Shown: positions 10,701-22,790 of the stretch, piece after piece | Position numbering within the stretch: position 1 is the stretch's first letter | Layout: the number at the start of each line of letters is the position of its first letter | From: Bacillota bacterium | Lineage (GTDB): Bacteria; Bacillota; Clostridia; Acetivibrionales; DSM-1351 | Direction: 5' to 3' | Length of the DNA: 64,000 bases | Assembly: GCA_023439045.1 (NCBI GenBank) | Contig: JAEXOY010000018.1 | Span: 163,628-227,627 of the forward strand | Translations under genes and position numbers: made by a program | Notes under the pieces: generated by a model | The model's input: the letters and a program-made list of their open reading frames with translations, nothing else | Databases searched by the model: none | What the model was told of the DNA's origin: nothing

Positions 10701-11502
10701 CGGTCAGGTACTTGAAGTTCACCTTGGCTTTGCGGCAAAGGCACTTGGATGGGAAATCGCTACCCCAGTATTTGACGGTGCAACAGAAGAAGATATTAGA
10801 GAAACTTTGATACAAGCTGGTAAAGACCCTGATGGAAAGACTATTCTGTATGACGGAAGAACTGGAGATCCATTTGATAATAGAGTTACAGTAGGTTACA
10901 TGTACTACTTGAAGCTTGCCCACTTGGTTGATGACAAGATTCATGCTCGTTCAACTGGACCATACTCACTCGTTACTCAGCAGCCACTTGGTGGTAAGGC
11001 TCAGTTCGGTGGACAGAGATTCGGAGAAATGGAAGTTTGGGCTCTTGAGGCATACGGTGCGGCTTATACACTACAGGAAATACTGACTGTTAAGTCTGAT
11101 GACGTTGTTGGAAGAGTAAAGACATATGAGTCTATCGTCAAGGGTGAAAATGTTCCTGAACCAGGTATTCCTGAATCCTTCAAGGTTCTTATAAAAGAAC
11201 TTCAGAGCTTGGCTCTTGATGTTAAGGTATACTCAGAGGAACAGGAAGAAATCGCAATCAAGGAATCTGTTGAAGATGATCTTGAGGAACTGAACGTCAA
11301 TATAGAAGGTAGAGAGGACGAGGTTCTTATCACAAATGACTTTGATGATGAACTCAGAGAAGACATTCTAGAAGACGACATTGATATTGATGACCTTGAA
11401 GATATAGGAAGCATTAGCACAGGTGACAATCTAGAAGAAGAATTGCCAGACGATCTGTTCTCTGACGATGATTTGACTGATGACTTTGATGATCAATTTT
11501 AG
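7765..11502 (+). CDS. rpoB: RNA polymerase beta subunit
   Basis: [34 protein letters not shown]; acidic C-terminal tail. Confidence 0.99.
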   Translation: MVKPVKLGRNTRMSYSKIREALEMPNLIEVQKNSYQWFLDEGLREVFRDISPITDYTGNLILDFVDYSLDDTPKYSVEECKERDTTYSAPLKAKVRLINKESGEVKEQEIFMGDFPLMTDNGTFIINGAERVIVSQLVRSPGIYYAMKFDRVGKKLYSNTVIPNRGAWLEYETDSNDVLSVRIDRTRKLPLTVLLRALGYGTDYEITQLLGEDERLLATIQKDNAKTYEEGLLEIYKRLRPGEPPTVDSARTLLNSLFFDPKRYDLAKFGRFKFNKKLALPNLISGFVAAENIVSLETGEVLVAEGQVIEPSKAEEIQNSGVSVVSVLIDGKAIKVIGNKTVDISAFIDFDVTDIGITEKVRYDVLKEILDNNNGKDEIRKVLNERINDLIPKHITVEDIIASINYIINLAYGIGTTDDIDHLGNRRLRSVGELLQNQFRIGLSRMERVVRERMTIQDIDIVTPQALINIRPVAAAIKEFFGSSQLSQFMDQTNPLAELTHKRRLSALGPGGLSRERAGFEVRDVHHSHYGRMCPIETPEGPNIGLIGSLSTFARVNEYGFIEAPYRKVDKATGIVTGDIVYVTADEEDAYVIAQATEPLDENNKIIAKKVIGRYREDIREFETSKIDLMDVSPRQLVSVATAMIPFLENDDANRALMGSNMQRQAVPLIRADAPIVGTGMEYKAAKDSGVCVIAKNSGVVDKVSASEITIKLPNGKKDVYKLLKYIRSNQGTCLNQRPIVRKGEVIEKGDIIADGPSTDNGEIALGRNILIGFMTWEGYNYEDAILISEKLVKEDVYTSIHIEEYEAESRDTKLGPEEITRDIPNVGEEALKDLDERGIIRIGAEVRSGDILVGKVTPKGETELTAEERLLRAIFGEKAREVRDTSLRVPHGESGIIVDVKVFTRENGDELPPGVNQLVRCYIAQKRKISVGDKMAGRHGNKGVISRILPEEDMPFLPDGTPLQIVLNPLGVPSRMNIGQVLEVHLGFAAKALGWEIATPVFDGATEEDIRETLIQAGKDPDGKTILYDGRTGDPFDNRVTVGYMYYLKLAHLVDDKIHARSTGPYSLVTQQPLGGKAQFGGQRFGEMEVWALEAYGAAYTLQEILTVKSDDVVGRVKTYESIVKGENVPEPGIPESFKVLIKELQSLALDVKVYSEEQEEIAIKESVEDDLEELNVNIEGREDEVLITNDFDDELREDILEDDIDIDDLEDIGSISTGDNLEEELPDDLFSDDDLTDDFDDQF

Positions 11503-11517
11503 GAGGGGATATAAACT

Positions 11518-14500
11518 ATGTTTGAACTGAACAACTTTGATTCTATAAAAATAGGTTTAGCTTCTCCGGAAAAGGTCAGAGAATGGTCAAAAGGTGAAGT
11601 AAAAAAGCCGGAAACAATCAACTACAGAACATTGAAGCCTGAAAGAGACGGCTTGTTCTGTGAAAGAATATTTGGACCACAGAAGGACTGGGAATGTCAC
11701 TGTGGTAAGTACAAGAGAATTAGATACAAGGGTATCGTTTGTGACCGTTGCGGAGTTGAAGTAACCCGTTCAAAGGTTAGAAGAGAAAGAATGGGACACA
11801 TAGAGCTTGCTGCTCCTGTATCTCACATATGGTACTTCAAGGGAATACCTAGTAGGATGGGTCTTATCCTTGATATGTCACCAAGATCACTGGAGAAAAT
11901 ACTATACTTTGCATCATATGTAGTTATCGATCCAGGGCACACACCATTGTCAAAGAAGCAGGTATTGACTGAAAAGGAATACAGAGATTCTGTTGACAAG
12001 TTCGGCATGAATTTCAGAGCTGCAATGGGTGCTGAGGCTGTTAAAGAGCTCTTGATGGAGATTGACCTAGAGGGTATGTCAAAAGAGCTAAGAGCAGATC
12101 TTGTTGATTCAACAGGCCAAAAACGTATCAGAACAGTTAAAAGATTAGAAGTTGTTGAAGCCTTCAGAATTTCAGGTAATAGACCTGAATGGATGATTCT
12201 AGATGTTGTACCTGTTATTCCACCTGAACTCAGACCTATGGTACAGTTGGATGGTGGCAGATTTGCTACATCAGACTTAAATGACTTATATAGAAGAGTT
12301 ATCAACAGAAATAACCGTTTAAAGAGGCTGCTTGATTTAGGTGCTCCTGATATCATCGTTAGAAATGAAAAGCGTATGCTTCAGGAAGCTGTTGATGCAC
12401 TTATCGACAATGGAAGAAGAGGACGTCCTGTAACAGGACCTGGAAACAGACCACTCAAGTCATTGTCAGATATGCTAAAGGGTAAGCAGGGACGTTTCCG
12501 TCAAAACCTTCTCGGTAAGCGTGTTGACTACTCTGGACGTTCAGTTATCGTTGTAGGACCAGACTTAAAGATATTCCAGTGCGGGCTTCCAAAGGAAATG
12601 GCGCTGGAGCTGTTCAAGCCATTCGTAATGAAAAAGCTTGTTAATGACGGTCTTGCTCACAATATAAAGAGTGCAAAGAGAATGGTTGAAAGAGTTAGAA
12701 ACGAAGTATGGGACGTACTTGAAGAAGTTATCAAGGAACATCCAGTTCTTCTAAACCGTGCTCCTACACTCCATAGACTTGGTATTCAGGCATTTGAACC
12801 AAAGCTTGTTGAAGGTAGAGCATTGAAGCTGCATCCATTGGTATGTTCAGCGTACAATGCCGACTTTGACGGTGACCAGATGGCTGTTCACGTACCATTG
12901 TCAGCAGAAGCTCAGGCAGAGGCAAGATTCCTCATGCTCTCAGCTAACAACCTGTTGGCACCAAAGGACGGTAGACCGATTACAGTACCAACTCAGGACA
13001 TGGTTTTGGGTAGCTATTATTTGACTATTGAGAAGGAAAATCAGCCAGGTGAAGGCAAGATATTTGCTGATATGGATGAAGTTCTCATGGCTTATAATGA
13101 AGGAATTGTAGGACTACATTCTAGGATTAAGGTTAGAGTAAAGAAGGAAATTGATGGTGAAATGAGAACTCAAGTAATTGAGTGTACACCAGGAAGATTG
13201 ATATTCAATGAAGCAATTCCTCAGGATATTGGTTTTGTTGATAGAAGCGACAAGTCAAAGTTATTTGATTTAGAAATTAATTTCCTTGTTGGTAAAAAAG
13301 AACTTGGTAAAATCATTGACAAGTGTATAAGAGTTCACGGTACTACAAAGACTGCTGTTATCCTTGATAAAATTAAGGCATTGGGCTTCAAGTATTCAAC
13401 TAGAGGTGCCATTACCATAAGCGTATCTGATATGGTTATTCCAGAAATCAAGAAGCAGTACTTGCAGGAAACTGAGAACACAATTGACAATATAGTTAAG
13501 CAGTACAAGAGAGGTCTTATATCTGATGATGAAAGATATAACTCCGTTATCAGTGCTTGGACTGAAACTGGTGAAAATATTACAAAAGCCCTCATTGATA
13601 ACCTGGACAGATTTAATCCTGTTTACATGATGTCACAGTCAGGAGCGAGAGGTAATATCAACCAGATTAAGCAGCTTGCAGGTATGAGAGGTTTGATGGC
13701 CGATACATCAGGTAAGACTATCGAGATACCTATCAAGTCAAACTTCCGTGAAGGTCTTAACGTGCTTGAGTTCTTTATTTCAACACACGGTGCTAGAAAA
13801 GGTCTTGCGGATACAGCGCTTAGAACTGCTGACTCAGGTTACCTCACCAGACGTCTTGTTGACGTAAGTCAGGATGTTATAGTAAGAGAGCTTGATTGCG
13901 GTACTGACAGAGGTATAGAAGTATTTGATATAAAAGATGGTTCGGAAGTTATCGAACCATTGTCAGAAAGACTTATTGGACGTTATCCTACTGAAGACAT
14001 TGTTGATCCTAACACTGGAGAGATTTATGCTCATAAGGGTGATGTTATTGATGAGAGAACAGCTGAGAGAATCGGAAAGAGTGGTATCAAGAAGATTAAG
14101 ATCAGATCAGTTCTTACTTGTCAATCAGAGGTTGGTATATGTGGTAAGTGCTACGGTTCAAACCTTGCAACTGGTGATGCAGTTAACGTTGGTGAAGCAG
14201 TAGGTATTATTGCTGCTCAGTCAATCGGTGAACCTGGTACACAGCTTACAATGAGAACCTTCCATACTGGTGGTGTTGCCGGTGATGACATCACACAGGG
14301 TCTTCCTAGAGTAGAAGAACTTTTCGAAGCTAGAAGACCAAAGGGTCTTGCAATAATCTCTGAAATACCTGGTACCGTTAAGCTTCAAGAGACTAAGAAG
14401 AAGCGTGAAGTTATCATTACTTCAGAGGAAGGTGAAGCTAAGTCATATCAGATACCATATGGTTCAAGAATCAAGGTATATGATGGTGATGTAGTTGAAG

Positions 14501-15015
14501 CTGGTGATGAGCTTACTGAAGGTTCTGTAAATCCACACGATATCCTTAAGATAAAGGGTATTAAGGGTGTTCAGGCATACTTGCTACAGGAAGTTCAGAG
14601 AGTTTATAGAATGCAGGGCGTTGACATCAATGACAAACATATTGAAGTTATTGTGCGTCAGATGATGAGAAAAGTTAAGATAGAGGACGCCGGAGATACA
14701 AATCTTCTCCCAGGCGGCCTAGTTGATATAATTGAATATGAGAGAGAAAACAAGATTGCACAAGAAGCTGGACTCACACCTGCAACAGGTGAACGTACTT
14801 TACTTGGTATTACCAAGGCTTCACTTGCAACAGAATCCTTCCTCTCAGCTGCGTCCTTCCAGGAAACTACCAGGGTTCTTACAGAAGCAGCAATCAAGGG
14901 TAAGATTGACCCATTGGTAGGTTTGAAGGAAAATGTTATTATCGGTAAGCTGATACCAGCAGGAACAGGTATGAGCAGATACAAGGATATTAGCATAAGC
15001 AATGTTATAGAATAA
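11518..15015 (+). CDS. rpoC: RNA polymerase beta' subunit
   Basis: [10 protein letters not shown], Zn-finger CHCGKYK...[15 protein letters not shown]. Confidence 0.99.
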   Translation: MFELNNFDSIKIGLASPEKVREWSKGEVKKPETINYRTLKPERDGLFCERIFGPQKDWECHCGKYKRIRYKGIVCDRCGVEVTRSKVRRERMGHIELAAPVSHIWYFKGIPSRMGLILDMSPRSLEKILYFASYVVIDPGHTPLSKKQVLTEKEYRDSVDKFGMNFRAAMGAEAVKELLMEIDLEGMSKELRADLVDSTGQKRIRTVKRLEVVEAFRISGNRPEWMILDVVPVIPPELRPMVQLDGGRFATSDLNDLYRRVINRNNRLKRLLDLGAPDIIVRNEKRMLQEAVDALIDNGRRGRPVTGPGNRPLKSLSDMLKGKQGRFRQNLLGKRVDYSGRSVIVVGPDLKIFQCGLPKEMALELFKPFVMKKLVNDGLAHNIKSAKRMVERVRNEVWDVLEEVIKEHPVLLNRAPTLHRLGIQAFEPKLVEGRALKLHPLVCSAYNADFDGDQMAVHVPLSAEAQAEARFLMLSANNLLAPKDGRPITVPTQDMVLGSYYLTIEKENQPGEGKIFADMDEVLMAYNEGIVGLHSRIKVRVKKEIDGEMRTQVIECTPGRLIFNEAIPQDIGFVDRSDKSKLFDLEINFLVGKKELGKIIDKCIRVHGTTKTAVILDKIKALGFKYSTRGAITISVSDMVIPEIKKQYLQETENTIDNIVKQYKRGLISDDERYNSVISAWTETGENITKALIDNLDRFNPVYMMSQSGARGNINQIKQLAGMRGLMADTSGKTIEIPIKSNFREGLNVLEFFISTHGARKGLADTALRTADSGYLTRRLVDVSQDVIVRELDCGTDRGIEVFDIKDGSEVIEPLSERLIGRYPTEDIVDPNTGEIYAHKGDVIDERTAERIGKSGIKKIKIRSVLTCQSEVGICGKCYGSNLATGDAVNVGEAVGIIAAQSIGEPGTQLTMRTFHTGGVAGDDITQGLPRVEELFEARRPKGLAIISEIPGTVKLQETKKKREVIITSEEGEAKSYQIPYGSRIKVYDGDVVEAGDELTEGSVNPHDILKIKGIKGVQAYLLQEVQRVYRMQGVDINDKHIEVIVRQMMRKVKIEDAGDTNLLPGGLVDIIEYERENKIAQEAGLTPATGERTLLGITKASLATESFLSAASFQETTRVLTEAAIKGKIDPLVGLKENVIIGKLIPAGTGMSRYKDISISNVIE

Positions 15016-15093
15016 GCAGTGTCTATAGCATTAGAAGTGATATAGAATGAGCAGTGTTATTGAGTGAGTTTGGTTATAGTATCAGTAATTTTA
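14991..15093 (+). repeat. degenerate 17-bp tandem repeat (6 copies) spanning the rpoC stop codon
   Basis: tagcataagcaatgtta / tagaataagcagtgtcta / tagcattagaagtgata / tagaatgagcagtgtta / ttgagtgagtttggtta / tagtatcagtaatttta. Confidence 0.75.
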
Positions 15094-15184
15094 TCCTGAT
15101 AGATTGGATAGAATTCAAAATATTGTAGAACAGACTTGGATATGTTCAGCATATTATGATATAATATTGCAATAATCAAGATAA

Positions 15185-15543
15185 AGACGTTGATAGAGAC
15201 AGTAGGTAATAACTCAATTTACGATCTATACAGTCTATGAAGTCTGTATAAGCTATATAGTCTATATAGCTAAGTATGTGAGATTGAGTGCATTCAAAAG
15301 TTTTAGCGAGCCGGTGAGAGTGGAAGACTGGTACGAGTAGATATTACTGAAAATCCCTCTAGAGTCTCAAAGCAGAAAGTATTAACAAGTAAGCTTTGAC
15401 GGAATTCCTCCGTTACATGGAAAATGTATTGCTATAATAAATGTATTGCGATTTTGCTTTTCACATTTGCTTATAGAGTACGTGTAATGGGTGGTACAAA
15501 ACGAAGCAAAACCTTCGTCCTGTTATGGGACGAAGGTTTTTTT
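15185..15543 (+). ncRNA. Ile T-box riboswitch upstream of ileS
   Basis: Stem I tagag/ctcta with AGUA..GAA loop-E, AGCGAG and GUGGAA distal motifs, specifier AUC at 15353-15355, T-box GGGUGGUACA at 15489-15498, terminator aaaaccttcgtcc/ggacgaaggttttttt. Confidence 0.9.
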
Positions 15544-15601
15544 ACGCTCGCAAAACATTGATATCAAGAAATATATATAAATGATCAAGGAGGAGCACAT
15601 T

Positions 15602-18600
15602 ATGTACGAGAAAGTCTCGACAAATCTAAACTTTGTAGAACGAGAAAAAGAGATTGAGAAATTCTGGGAAGAAAACAAGATATTCGAAAAGAGTATAGAG
15701 AGCCGCAAAAATGCTGAAACCTATACCTTTTATGATGGACCACCAACAGCTAATGGAAAGCCTCATATAGGTCACGTGCTTACTCGTGTTATTAAGGATA
15801 TGATTCCAAGGTATAGAACTATGAAGGGGTGTATGGTTCCGAGGAAAGCAGGCTGGGATACACATGGACTTCCTGTTGAGCTAGAGGTTGAAAAGCTTCT
15901 TGGACTTGACGGTAAAGACCAGATTGAAGAATATGGACTTGAGCCATTCCTTGAAAAATGTAAGGAAAGCGTTTGGAAGTATAAAGGAATGTGGGAAGAT
16001 TTCTCAAAGACTGTCGGCTTCTGGGCTGACATGGATGAGCCATATGTTACCTATCACAACGATTTTATAGAGTCTGAATGGTGGGCATTAAAACAGATCT
16101 GGGAAAAAGGACTGCTATATAAGGGCTTCAAGATTGTACCTTACTGCCCAAGATGCGGTACTCCTCTCTCAAGCCATGAGGTAGCTCAGGGTTATAAGGA
16201 CGTAAAGGAAAAGTCCGCGGTAGTTAAGTTCAGGGTAAAGGGAGAAGATGCTTACATCTTGGCATGGACTACTACTCCATGGACGTTGCCATCAAATGTA
16301 GCTCTCTGTGTTAATCCAAACGAGAAATATATTAAGGTAGAATGTGACGGTACTGTTTATTATTTGGCAGAGGAACTCGCTGGAACTGTGCTCAAAGCAG
16401 AATATAAAGTACTTGAGTCATATATAGGAAAAGACCTAGAGTACAAGGAGTATGAGCCTTTATTTGATTTTGTTAAACCTGACAAGAAGTGTTGGTTTAT
16501 CACCTGTGATAACTATGTTACCCTTTCTGATGGTACAGGTATTGTTCATATTGCGCCTGCTTTTGGTGAGGATGATGCCAATGTAGGTAGAATATATGAC
16601 CTCCCATTTGTTCAGCTAGTTGATGCAAAGGGTGAAATGACTGCTGAAACTCCTTGGGCAGGTAAGTTCTGCAAGGACGCTGACAGAGACATACTTGTTG
16701 ACCTTGATAAGAAGGGCTTACTGTTTGATGCTCCAAACTATGAGCATAGCTATCCTCATTGTTGGAGATGTGATACTCCACTCATCTACTATGCTAGAGA
16801 TTCCTGGTTCATAAAGATGACTGCAGTGAAGGAAGACCTTATCAGAAACAACAACACCATCAACTGGATACCTGAAAGCATTGGTAAGGGCAGATTTGGT
16901 GATTGGCTTGAAAATGTTCAGGACTGGGGAATCAGCCGTAACCGTTACTGGGGTACCCCACTTAATATATGGGAATGTAGCTGCGGACACAAGCATTCCA
17001 TAGGCAGTATAGAAGAGCTTAAATCTATGTCGCCTAATTGTCCGGAGAACATAGAACTGCACAGACCTCATATTGATAATGTAACAATAGAGTGTCCTAA
17101 GTGTAAGCAGCAGATGAAGAGAGTGGCAGAGGTTATTGACTGCTGGTTTGACTCTGGAGCAATGCCGTTTGCCCAGCACCATTATCCATTCGAAAATAAG
17201 GAGCTTTTTGAACAGCAGTTCCCAGCTAACTTTATTTCAGAGGCTGTTGACCAGACCAGAGGATGGTTCTATTCACTGCTAGCTATATCGACGTTAATAT
17301 TTAACGTAGCACCTTACAAGAACGTTATTGTACTTGGACACGTTCAGGACGAAAACGGGCAGAAGATGTCCAAGTCAAAGGGCAATGCCGTTGATCCCTT
17401 TGAAGCATTAGAGACTTACGGTGCAGATGCAATCCGTTGGTACTTCTATATTAATTCAGCACCATGGCTGCCAAACCGTTTCCATGGGAAGGCTGTAATA
17501 GAAGGACAGAGAAAGTTTATGGGTACTCTTTGGAATACTTATGCATTCTTTGTTCTCTATGCAAATATCGATAAGTTTGATGCAACAAAGTATAGCTTGG
17601 AATATGATAAGCTTTCTGTTATGGACAAATGGCTACTTTCAAAGCTTAGTACATTGATTAAAACGGTTGATACTAATCTTGATAACTACAAGATACCAGA
17701 GGCTGCAAGAGCACTTCAGGATTTTGTTGATGAGCTAAGTAACTGGTATGTTAGAAGAAGCCGTGAACGTTTCTGGCAGAAGGAAATGAATCAGGACAAG
17801 ATCAATGCCTATATGACATTATATACAGCACTTGTTACACTGGCAAAGCTATCTGCACCAATGATTCCATTCATGAGTGAGCAGATATATAGAAACCTTG
17901 TTTGCAGCATTGATAAGTCAGCTCCTGAAAGCGTTCATCTGTGTGACTTCCCAGTTGCAAACGAAAGCTATATTGATAGCAAGCTGGAAGAAAATATGGA
18001 AGCAGTACTAAAGATTGTTGTTCTAGGACGAGCAGCAAGAAATACTGCAAATATCAAGAACAGACAGCCAATAGGCAAGATGTATGTAAATACAGAGGCA
18101 TTGGACGAGTACTTTACAGAGATTATTGAGGATGAACTAAACCTCAAAAAGGTAGAATTTACTCAAGATGTTTCGGACTTTACTGCATATAGCTTTAAGC
18201 CACAGCTAAAGCTACTTGGTAAGAAGTTCGGAAGCCAGATTGGAGAAGTAAGACAGGTACTTTCTGAAATCAATGGTAATGCTGCAAAGAAGGAATTAGA
18301 TGCTACCGGCAAGCTAAAGCTAACTTTGAGCACAGGAGAGGTTGAACTGGTACCTGAAGAATTGCTGATTGAGACAAAGCAGTCAGAGCAGTTTACTTCC
18401 TTTGCAGATGGTGGCGTTACAGTTGTAATTGATACAAACCTTACTCCAGAACTTATTGAAGAGGGCTTTGTGCGTGAAATTATCAGTAAAATACAGGTAA
18501 TGCGTAAAGATGCTGGTTTCGACGTTATTGACCATATAGTTGTATACGAAAAGGGCAATGAAAATATCGAAAGGATAATGAATGCCAACAAGGATGCTAT

Positions 18601-18709
18601 TCTTGAGGATGTTCTTGCTGATGAAATGAAGCTAGGTGAGCTTGACGGCTATACAGCACAGTGGAATATCAACGGTGAAGATGTTGAGCTTGGTGTTAAA
18701 AAGGTATAA
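15602..18709 (+). CDS. ileS: isoleucyl-tRNA synthetase, type 2 (archaeal/eukaryote-like)
   Basis: DGPPTANGKPHIGH, GWDTHGLP, WTTTPWT, KMSKS, type-2 C-terminus EEGFVREIISKIQVMRK. SD AAGGAGGAG before ATG15602. Confidence 0.97.
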   Translation: MYEKVSTNLNFVEREKEIEKFWEENKIFEKSIESRKNAETYTFYDGPPTANGKPHIGHVLTRVIKDMIPRYRTMKGCMVPRKAGWDTHGLPVELEVEKLLGLDGKDQIEEYGLEPFLEKCKESVWKYKGMWEDFSKTVGFWADMDEPYVTYHNDFIESEWWALKQIWEKGLLYKGFKIVPYCPRCGTPLSSHEVAQGYKDVKEKSAVVKFRVKGEDAYILAWTTTPWTLPSNVALCVNPNEKYIKVECDGTVYYLAEELAGTVLKAEYKVLESYIGKDLEYKEYEPLFDFVKPDKKCWFITCDNYVTLSDGTGIVHIAPAFGEDDANVGRIYDLPFVQLVDAKGEMTAETPWAGKFCKDADRDILVDLDKKGLLFDAPNYEHSYPHCWRCDTPLIYYARDSWFIKMTAVKEDLIRNNNTINWIPESIGKGRFGDWLENVQDWGISRNRYWGTPLNIWECSCGHKHSIGSIEELKSMSPNCPENIELHRPHIDNVTIECPKCKQQMKRVAEVIDCWFDSGAMPFAQHHYPFENKELFEQQFPANFISEAVDQTRGWFYSLLAISTLIFNVAPYKNVIVLGHVQDENGQKMSKSKGNAVDPFEALETYGADAIRWYFYINSAPWLPNRFHGKAVIEGQRKFMGTLWNTYAFFVLYANIDKFDATKYSLEYDKLSVMDKWLLSKLSTLIKTVDTNLDNYKIPEAARALQDFVDELSNWYVRRSRERFWQKEMNQDKINAYMTLYTALVTLAKLSAPMIPFMSEQIYRNLVCSIDKSAPESVHLCDFPVANESYIDSKLEENMEAVLKIVVLGRAARNTANIKNRQPIGKMYVNTEALDEYFTEIIEDELNLKKVEFTQDVSDFTAYSFKPQLKLLGKKFGSQIGEVRQVLSEINGNAAKKELDATGKLKLTLSTGEVELVPEELLIETKQSEQFTSFADGGVTVVIDTNLTPELIEEGFVREIISKIQVMRKDAGFDVIDHIVVYEKGNENIERIMNANKDAILEDVLADEMKLGELDGYTAQWNINGEDVELGVKKV

Positions 18710-18729
18710 GAATAAGGTAAAAATAGTTA

Positions 18730-18766
18730 ATCCTCCGTATGGATGCCATCATACGGAGGATATATT
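18730..18766 (+). terminator. hairpin/terminator after ileS
   Basis: atcctccgtatg / catacggaggat stem; weak U tract. Confidence 0.65.
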
Positions 18767-18894
18767 TACTCTATTGTCAGGTTTCTTTATGAACTGGTTT
18801 TTCTCGCTAAGATATAGTTATGTATATTTATTTTTGTTGAGCAGAGATTTTTTACATAGTGTCAAAATTTTTAAGCGAGGAAAATTCTGTATGC

Positions 18895-18924
18895 TTGACA
18901 AAATAAGAGTTACAGTGATAAAAT
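18895..18924 (+). promoter_or_regulatory. sigma-A promoter of the L7Ae-rpsL-rpsG-fusA-tuf operon
   Basis: TTGACA-18 bp-TAAAAT with TG extension. Confidence 0.65.
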
Positions 18925-19015
18925 TGTATGGTGCATTGAATTGTGCATTTTTTTTTGATGCCTATATAGTATGTTTGCATATGTATTTTACACATTGCAG
19001 CAGGAGGAATTTGAT

Positions 19016-19258
19016 TTGTTGGAAAGTCTTAAACACTCAAAAAAGGCAGTTGGAATTAAGCAAACTACAAAGGCTGTTGAAAACAGTCTTGCAGCTAATG
19101 TCTTTATAGCGCAGGATAGTGAACATAGAGTAACACGGCCTATTATTGAGTTGTGTGAAAAAAACTCCGTACCTATTACCTATGTTGAATCCATGAAGAT
19201 GTTAGGTAGAGCATGCGGAATTGACGTAGATGCAGCAGTAGCCTGCATATTAAAGTAG
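19016..19258 (+). CDS. L7Ae/L30e-family RNA-binding protein (YbxF-like)
   Basis: [39 protein letters not shown] start after CAGGAGG; conserved position before rpsL. Confidence 0.9.
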   Translation: MLESLKHSKKAVGIKQTTKAVENSLAANVFIAQDSEHRVTRPIIELCEKNSVPITYVESMKMLGRACGIDVDAAVACILK

Positions 19259-19328
19259 CCTATTTGAAACTGATTTCATTATTGAAACAGTTAAAAATAT
19301 ATTAAACATACCGAAAGGAGGTGTACTA

Positions 19329-19757
19329 ATGCCAACATTTAACCAGCTGGTTAGGAAGGGCAGAGAAGTTATTGAAAAGAAATCAACTGCTCCAGCTCTC
19401 CAAAAGGGATTTAACTCTAAGAAGAAGATTTCAACTGATATCAGTGCTCCACAAAAAAGAGGAGTTTGTACAGTTGTAAAGACTATCACTCCAAAGAAGC
19501 CAAACTCAGCTCTCCGTAAGGTAGCCAGAGTTCGTCTTACAAATGGTATAGAAGTAAGCTCTTATATTCCTGGAATAGGTCATAACCTACAGGAGCATAG
19601 CGTTGTTCTTATCAGAGGAGGAAGAGTTAAGGACTTACCTGGTGTAAGGTACCACATAGTTAGAGGTACTCTTGATACTGCAGGTGTTGCCAAGAGAATG
19701 CAGAGCCGTTCAAAATACGGTGCTAAGCGTCCAAAGGCAGGTGCTGCTAAGAAGTAA
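19329..19757 (+). CDS. rpsL: 30S ribosomal protein S12
   Basis: [33 protein letters not shown]. Confidence 0.99.
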   Translation: MPTFNQLVRKGREVIEKKSTAPALQKGFNSKKKISTDISAPQKRGVCTVVKTITPKKPNSALRKVARVRLTNGIEVSSYIPGIGHNLQEHSVVLIRGGRVKDLPGVRYHIVRGTLDTAGVAKRMQSRSKYGAKRPKAGAAKK

Positions 19758-19980
19758 CTACACAGCGTGCTGACAATTTAAAATGTTTGGTGCTTAGTAC
19801 GTTGATAATATATATTTTGTAATGAATGATAATAATATTGTTCAAAATGTAAGTTATATTTGATGTACATGCGCTGACGACGGTTTTAAACCACGAGTAC
19901 CTGTGATACTTTAATTGAGCAGGGGTAAATTTTAAATCAGCTGCTCATACTAAATGTTATCATAAAAGGAGGGAAGTAAG

Positions 19981-20451
19981 GTGCCAAGAAAAGGTCATAT
20001 ATCAAAAAGAGACGTTTTGCCAGATCCAATATACGGAAGCAAGACTGTAACAAAGCTCATAAACAACATCATGTATGATGGAAAGAAGGGTGTAGCACAG
20101 CAGATTTGCTATGATGCATTCGATATACTCAAAGAAAAGACTGGAAGAGATCCTCTTGAAGTATTTGAAGAGGCAATGGCAAACATCATGCCAGTTCTCG
20201 AAGTTAAAGCTAGAAGAGTAGGTGGAGCAACATACCAGGTTCCAATGGAAGTTAGACCAGACAGAAGACAGACATTGGGCTTGAGATGGTTGACTGACTA
20301 TTCTCGTAAAAGAGGCGAGCGTACTATGAGAGAAAGATTGGCTGGAGAATTGCTAGATGCACTCAATAACATGGGTGGAGCTTGCAAGAAGAAGGACGAT
20401 ACTCATAAGATGGCTGAAGCTAACAGAGCATTTGCTAACTATAGATGGTAA
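19981..20451 (+). CDS. rpsG: 30S ribosomal protein S7
   Basis: [31 protein letters not shown]. Confidence 0.99.
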   Translation: MPRKGHISKRDVLPDPIYGSKTVTKLINNIMYDGKKGVAQQICYDAFDILKEKTGRDPLEVFEEAMANIMPVLEVKARRVGGATYQVPMEVRPDRRQTLGLRWLTDYSRKRGERTMRERLAGELLDALNNMGGACKKKDDTHKMAEANRAFANYRW

Positions 20452-20607
20452 AATCTCATTGTTAGGAATTGCTTAATAAACTTTCGGTTAGAATAACCAA
20501 GGCAGGCAAGTTATTTTGATTTCTTGTTTTGCTGAATAGAGAGAGAAAATATATTATTATTACAAACAAAATCAAAAAAATAGAACTATCGCGAAAGGAG
20601 GGTTCTC

Positions 20608-22686
20608 ATGCCAAGGCAATTTAGCTTAGATAAGACTAGAAATATCGGTATCATGGCACATATTGATGCTGGTAAGACTACAACAACTGAACGTATCCTG
20701 TTTTATACAGGCAGAGTTCATAAGATCGGCGAGGTTCATGAAGGTGCTGCAACCATGGACTGGATGGAACAGGAGCAAGAACGTGGTATCACTATCACAT
20801 CTGCTGCTACAACAGCTCAGTGGAAAGGTAACAGAATTAACATTATTGACACGCCGGGGCACGTTGACTTCACAGTTGAAGTTGAAAGATCTCTTCGTGT
20901 ACTCGATGGTTCAGTAACACTTTTCTGTGCAAAGGGCGGAGTTGAACCACAGTCTGAAACAGTTTGGAGACAGGCTGATAAGTATGGGGTTCCACGTATT
21001 GCATACGTTAACAAGATGGATATCATGGGAGCTGATTTTTTCAACTGTGTTAGGATGATGAAGGAAAGACTTCAGGCTAACGCAGTACCAATACAATTAC
21101 CAATCGGAAGTGAAGATTCTTTTACTGGTATTATTGATTTGGTTACAATGAAGGCTTTATTCTTTAAAGATGACTTAGGTCAAGTTATTGAAGAAGGCGA
21201 AATTCCGGACAACATGAAGGATATTGCTAATGAATACCGCGAAAAATTAATAGAAGCTGTTGCTGAATTAGACGAAGAAACAATGATGAAATACCTCGAG
21301 GGAGAAGAACTCACAGAGGCTGAAATCCGCAATGGAATCAGACTTGCTACAATTGCAGTTAAGATTATTCCAGTTACTTGCGGATCATCATACAAAAATA
21401 AGGGTGTACCACAGTTACTTGACTGCGTAATCGAGTATATGCCATCACCATTGGATATTCCAGCGATTGATGGTATTACAATGGACGGAGAGACTGAGAT
21501 TACAAGACCAGCTGATGATAATGGTCCATTTGCAGCTCTCGCATTCAAGATTATGACAGACCCTTATGTTGGTAAGCTTTGCTTCTTCAGAGTATACTCT
21601 GGAACATTAAATTCAGGTTCATATGTACTCAATTCTACAAAGAATAAGAGAGAAAGAATCGGAAGAATACTTCAAATGCATGCTAACCATAGAGAAGAAA
21701 TCCAGACTGTTTATTCAGGTGATATCGCTGCTGCAGTAGGTCTTAAGGACACTACTACTGGTGATACTCTCTGTGATGAGGCAGCTCCAGTTATTCTCGA
21801 ATCAATGGAATTCCCAGAACCTGTTATAGATATCGCTATCGAGCCTAAGACTAAGGCTGGACAGGAAAAAATGGGTATTGCATTGGCGAAACTTGCAGAA
21901 GAAGATCCAACCTTCAGAGTTCACACTGATCAAGAAACTGGACAAACAATTATCTCAGGTATGGGTGAACTCCATCTTGAAATCATTGTTGACAGATTGA
22001 TGAGAGAATTTAAGGTTGAAGCAAATGTTGGTAACCCACAGGTTGCTTACAAAGAAACAATTCGTAAGGCTGTTAAGTCTGAAATGAAGTACGTCAGACA
22101 GTCAGGTGGTAAGGGACAATACGGTCACTGTGTTATCGAAATTGAACCAAGAGAACCAGGCGAAGGCTACGAATTTGTTAACAAGATTGTTGGTGGTGCT
22201 ATTCCTAAGGAATACATTGCTCCAATCGACGCTGGTATACAGGAAGCAATGCAGACTGGTATACTTGGCGGATATAATGTTGTTGATGTTAAGGTTACCC
22301 TTGTAGACGGTTCATACCATGAAGTTGACTCATCTGAAATGGCATTTAAGATTGCCGGCTCAATGGCATTCAAGGATGGATGTAAGAAGGCTAACCCAGT
22401 TCTTCTTGAACCTATCATGAAAGTTGATGTTGCTGTTCCTGAAGAATACATGGGAGACGTTATGGGCGGTCTTAACTCAAGAAGAGGACGTATCGAAGGT
22501 ATGGAAGCACGTAACGGTGTTCAGAATATAAGATCACACGTTCCACTTTCAGAAATGTTCGGTTATGCTACTGCTCTTCGTTCATCAACACAGGGTAGAG
22601 GTAACTTCTCAATGCAGACTAGCCACTTCGAAGAAGTGCCAAAGAGCATTCAAGAGAAGGTTCTTGCTGGAAAAAAGGCTGACTAA
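20608..22686 (+). CDS. fusA: elongation factor G
   Basis: [37 protein letters not shown]. Confidence 0.99.
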   Translation: MPRQFSLDKTRNIGIMAHIDAGKTTTTERILFYTGRVHKIGEVHEGAATMDWMEQEQERGITITSAATTAQWKGNRINIIDTPGHVDFTVEVERSLRVLDGSVTLFCAKGGVEPQSETVWRQADKYGVPRIAYVNKMDIMGADFFNCVRMMKERLQANAVPIQLPIGSEDSFTGIIDLVTMKALFFKDDLGQVIEEGEIPDNMKDIANEYREKLIEAVAELDEETMMKYLEGEELTEAEIRNGIRLATIAVKIIPVTCGSSYKNKGVPQLLDCVIEYMPSPLDIPAIDGITMDGETEITRPADDNGPFAALAFKIMTDPYVGKLCFFRVYSGTLNSGSYVLNSTKNKRERIGRILQMHANHREEIQTVYSGDIAAAVGLKDTTTGDTLCDEAAPVILESMEFPEPVIDIAIEPKTKAGQEKMGIALAKLAEEDPTFRVHTDQETGQTIISGMGELHLEIIVDRLMREFKVEANVGNPQVAYKETIRKAVKSEMKYVRQSGGKGQYGHCVIEIEPREPGEGYEFVNKIVGGAIPKEYIAPIDAGIQEAMQTGILGGYNVVDVKVTLVDGSYHEVDSSEMAFKIAGSMAFKDGCKKANPVLLEPIMKVDVAVPEEYMGDVMGGLNSRRGRIEGMEARNGVQNIRSHVPLSEMFGYATALRSSTQGRGNFSMQTSHFEEVPKSIQEKVLAGKKAD

Positions 22687-22790
22687 TAGTCAACCGCAAA
22701 TGTTAATAACAGAAATCTTGTATTTCTGTTTAATAAACCAAATTTATTAAGTGCGCAATTAGCGCTCAATGAAAGGATGGAGATTGTAAA

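Noticed and set aside
15227..15238. 12-mer tatacagtctat shared between the T-box insert and the reverse complement of the 42636 repeat
   Set aside because: Short, AT-rich and found post hoc; chance is sufficient.
18636..19109. 157-aa ORF bridging ileS and L7Ae
   Set aside because: Overlaps two real genes, a terminator and a promoter; no recognisable protein features.
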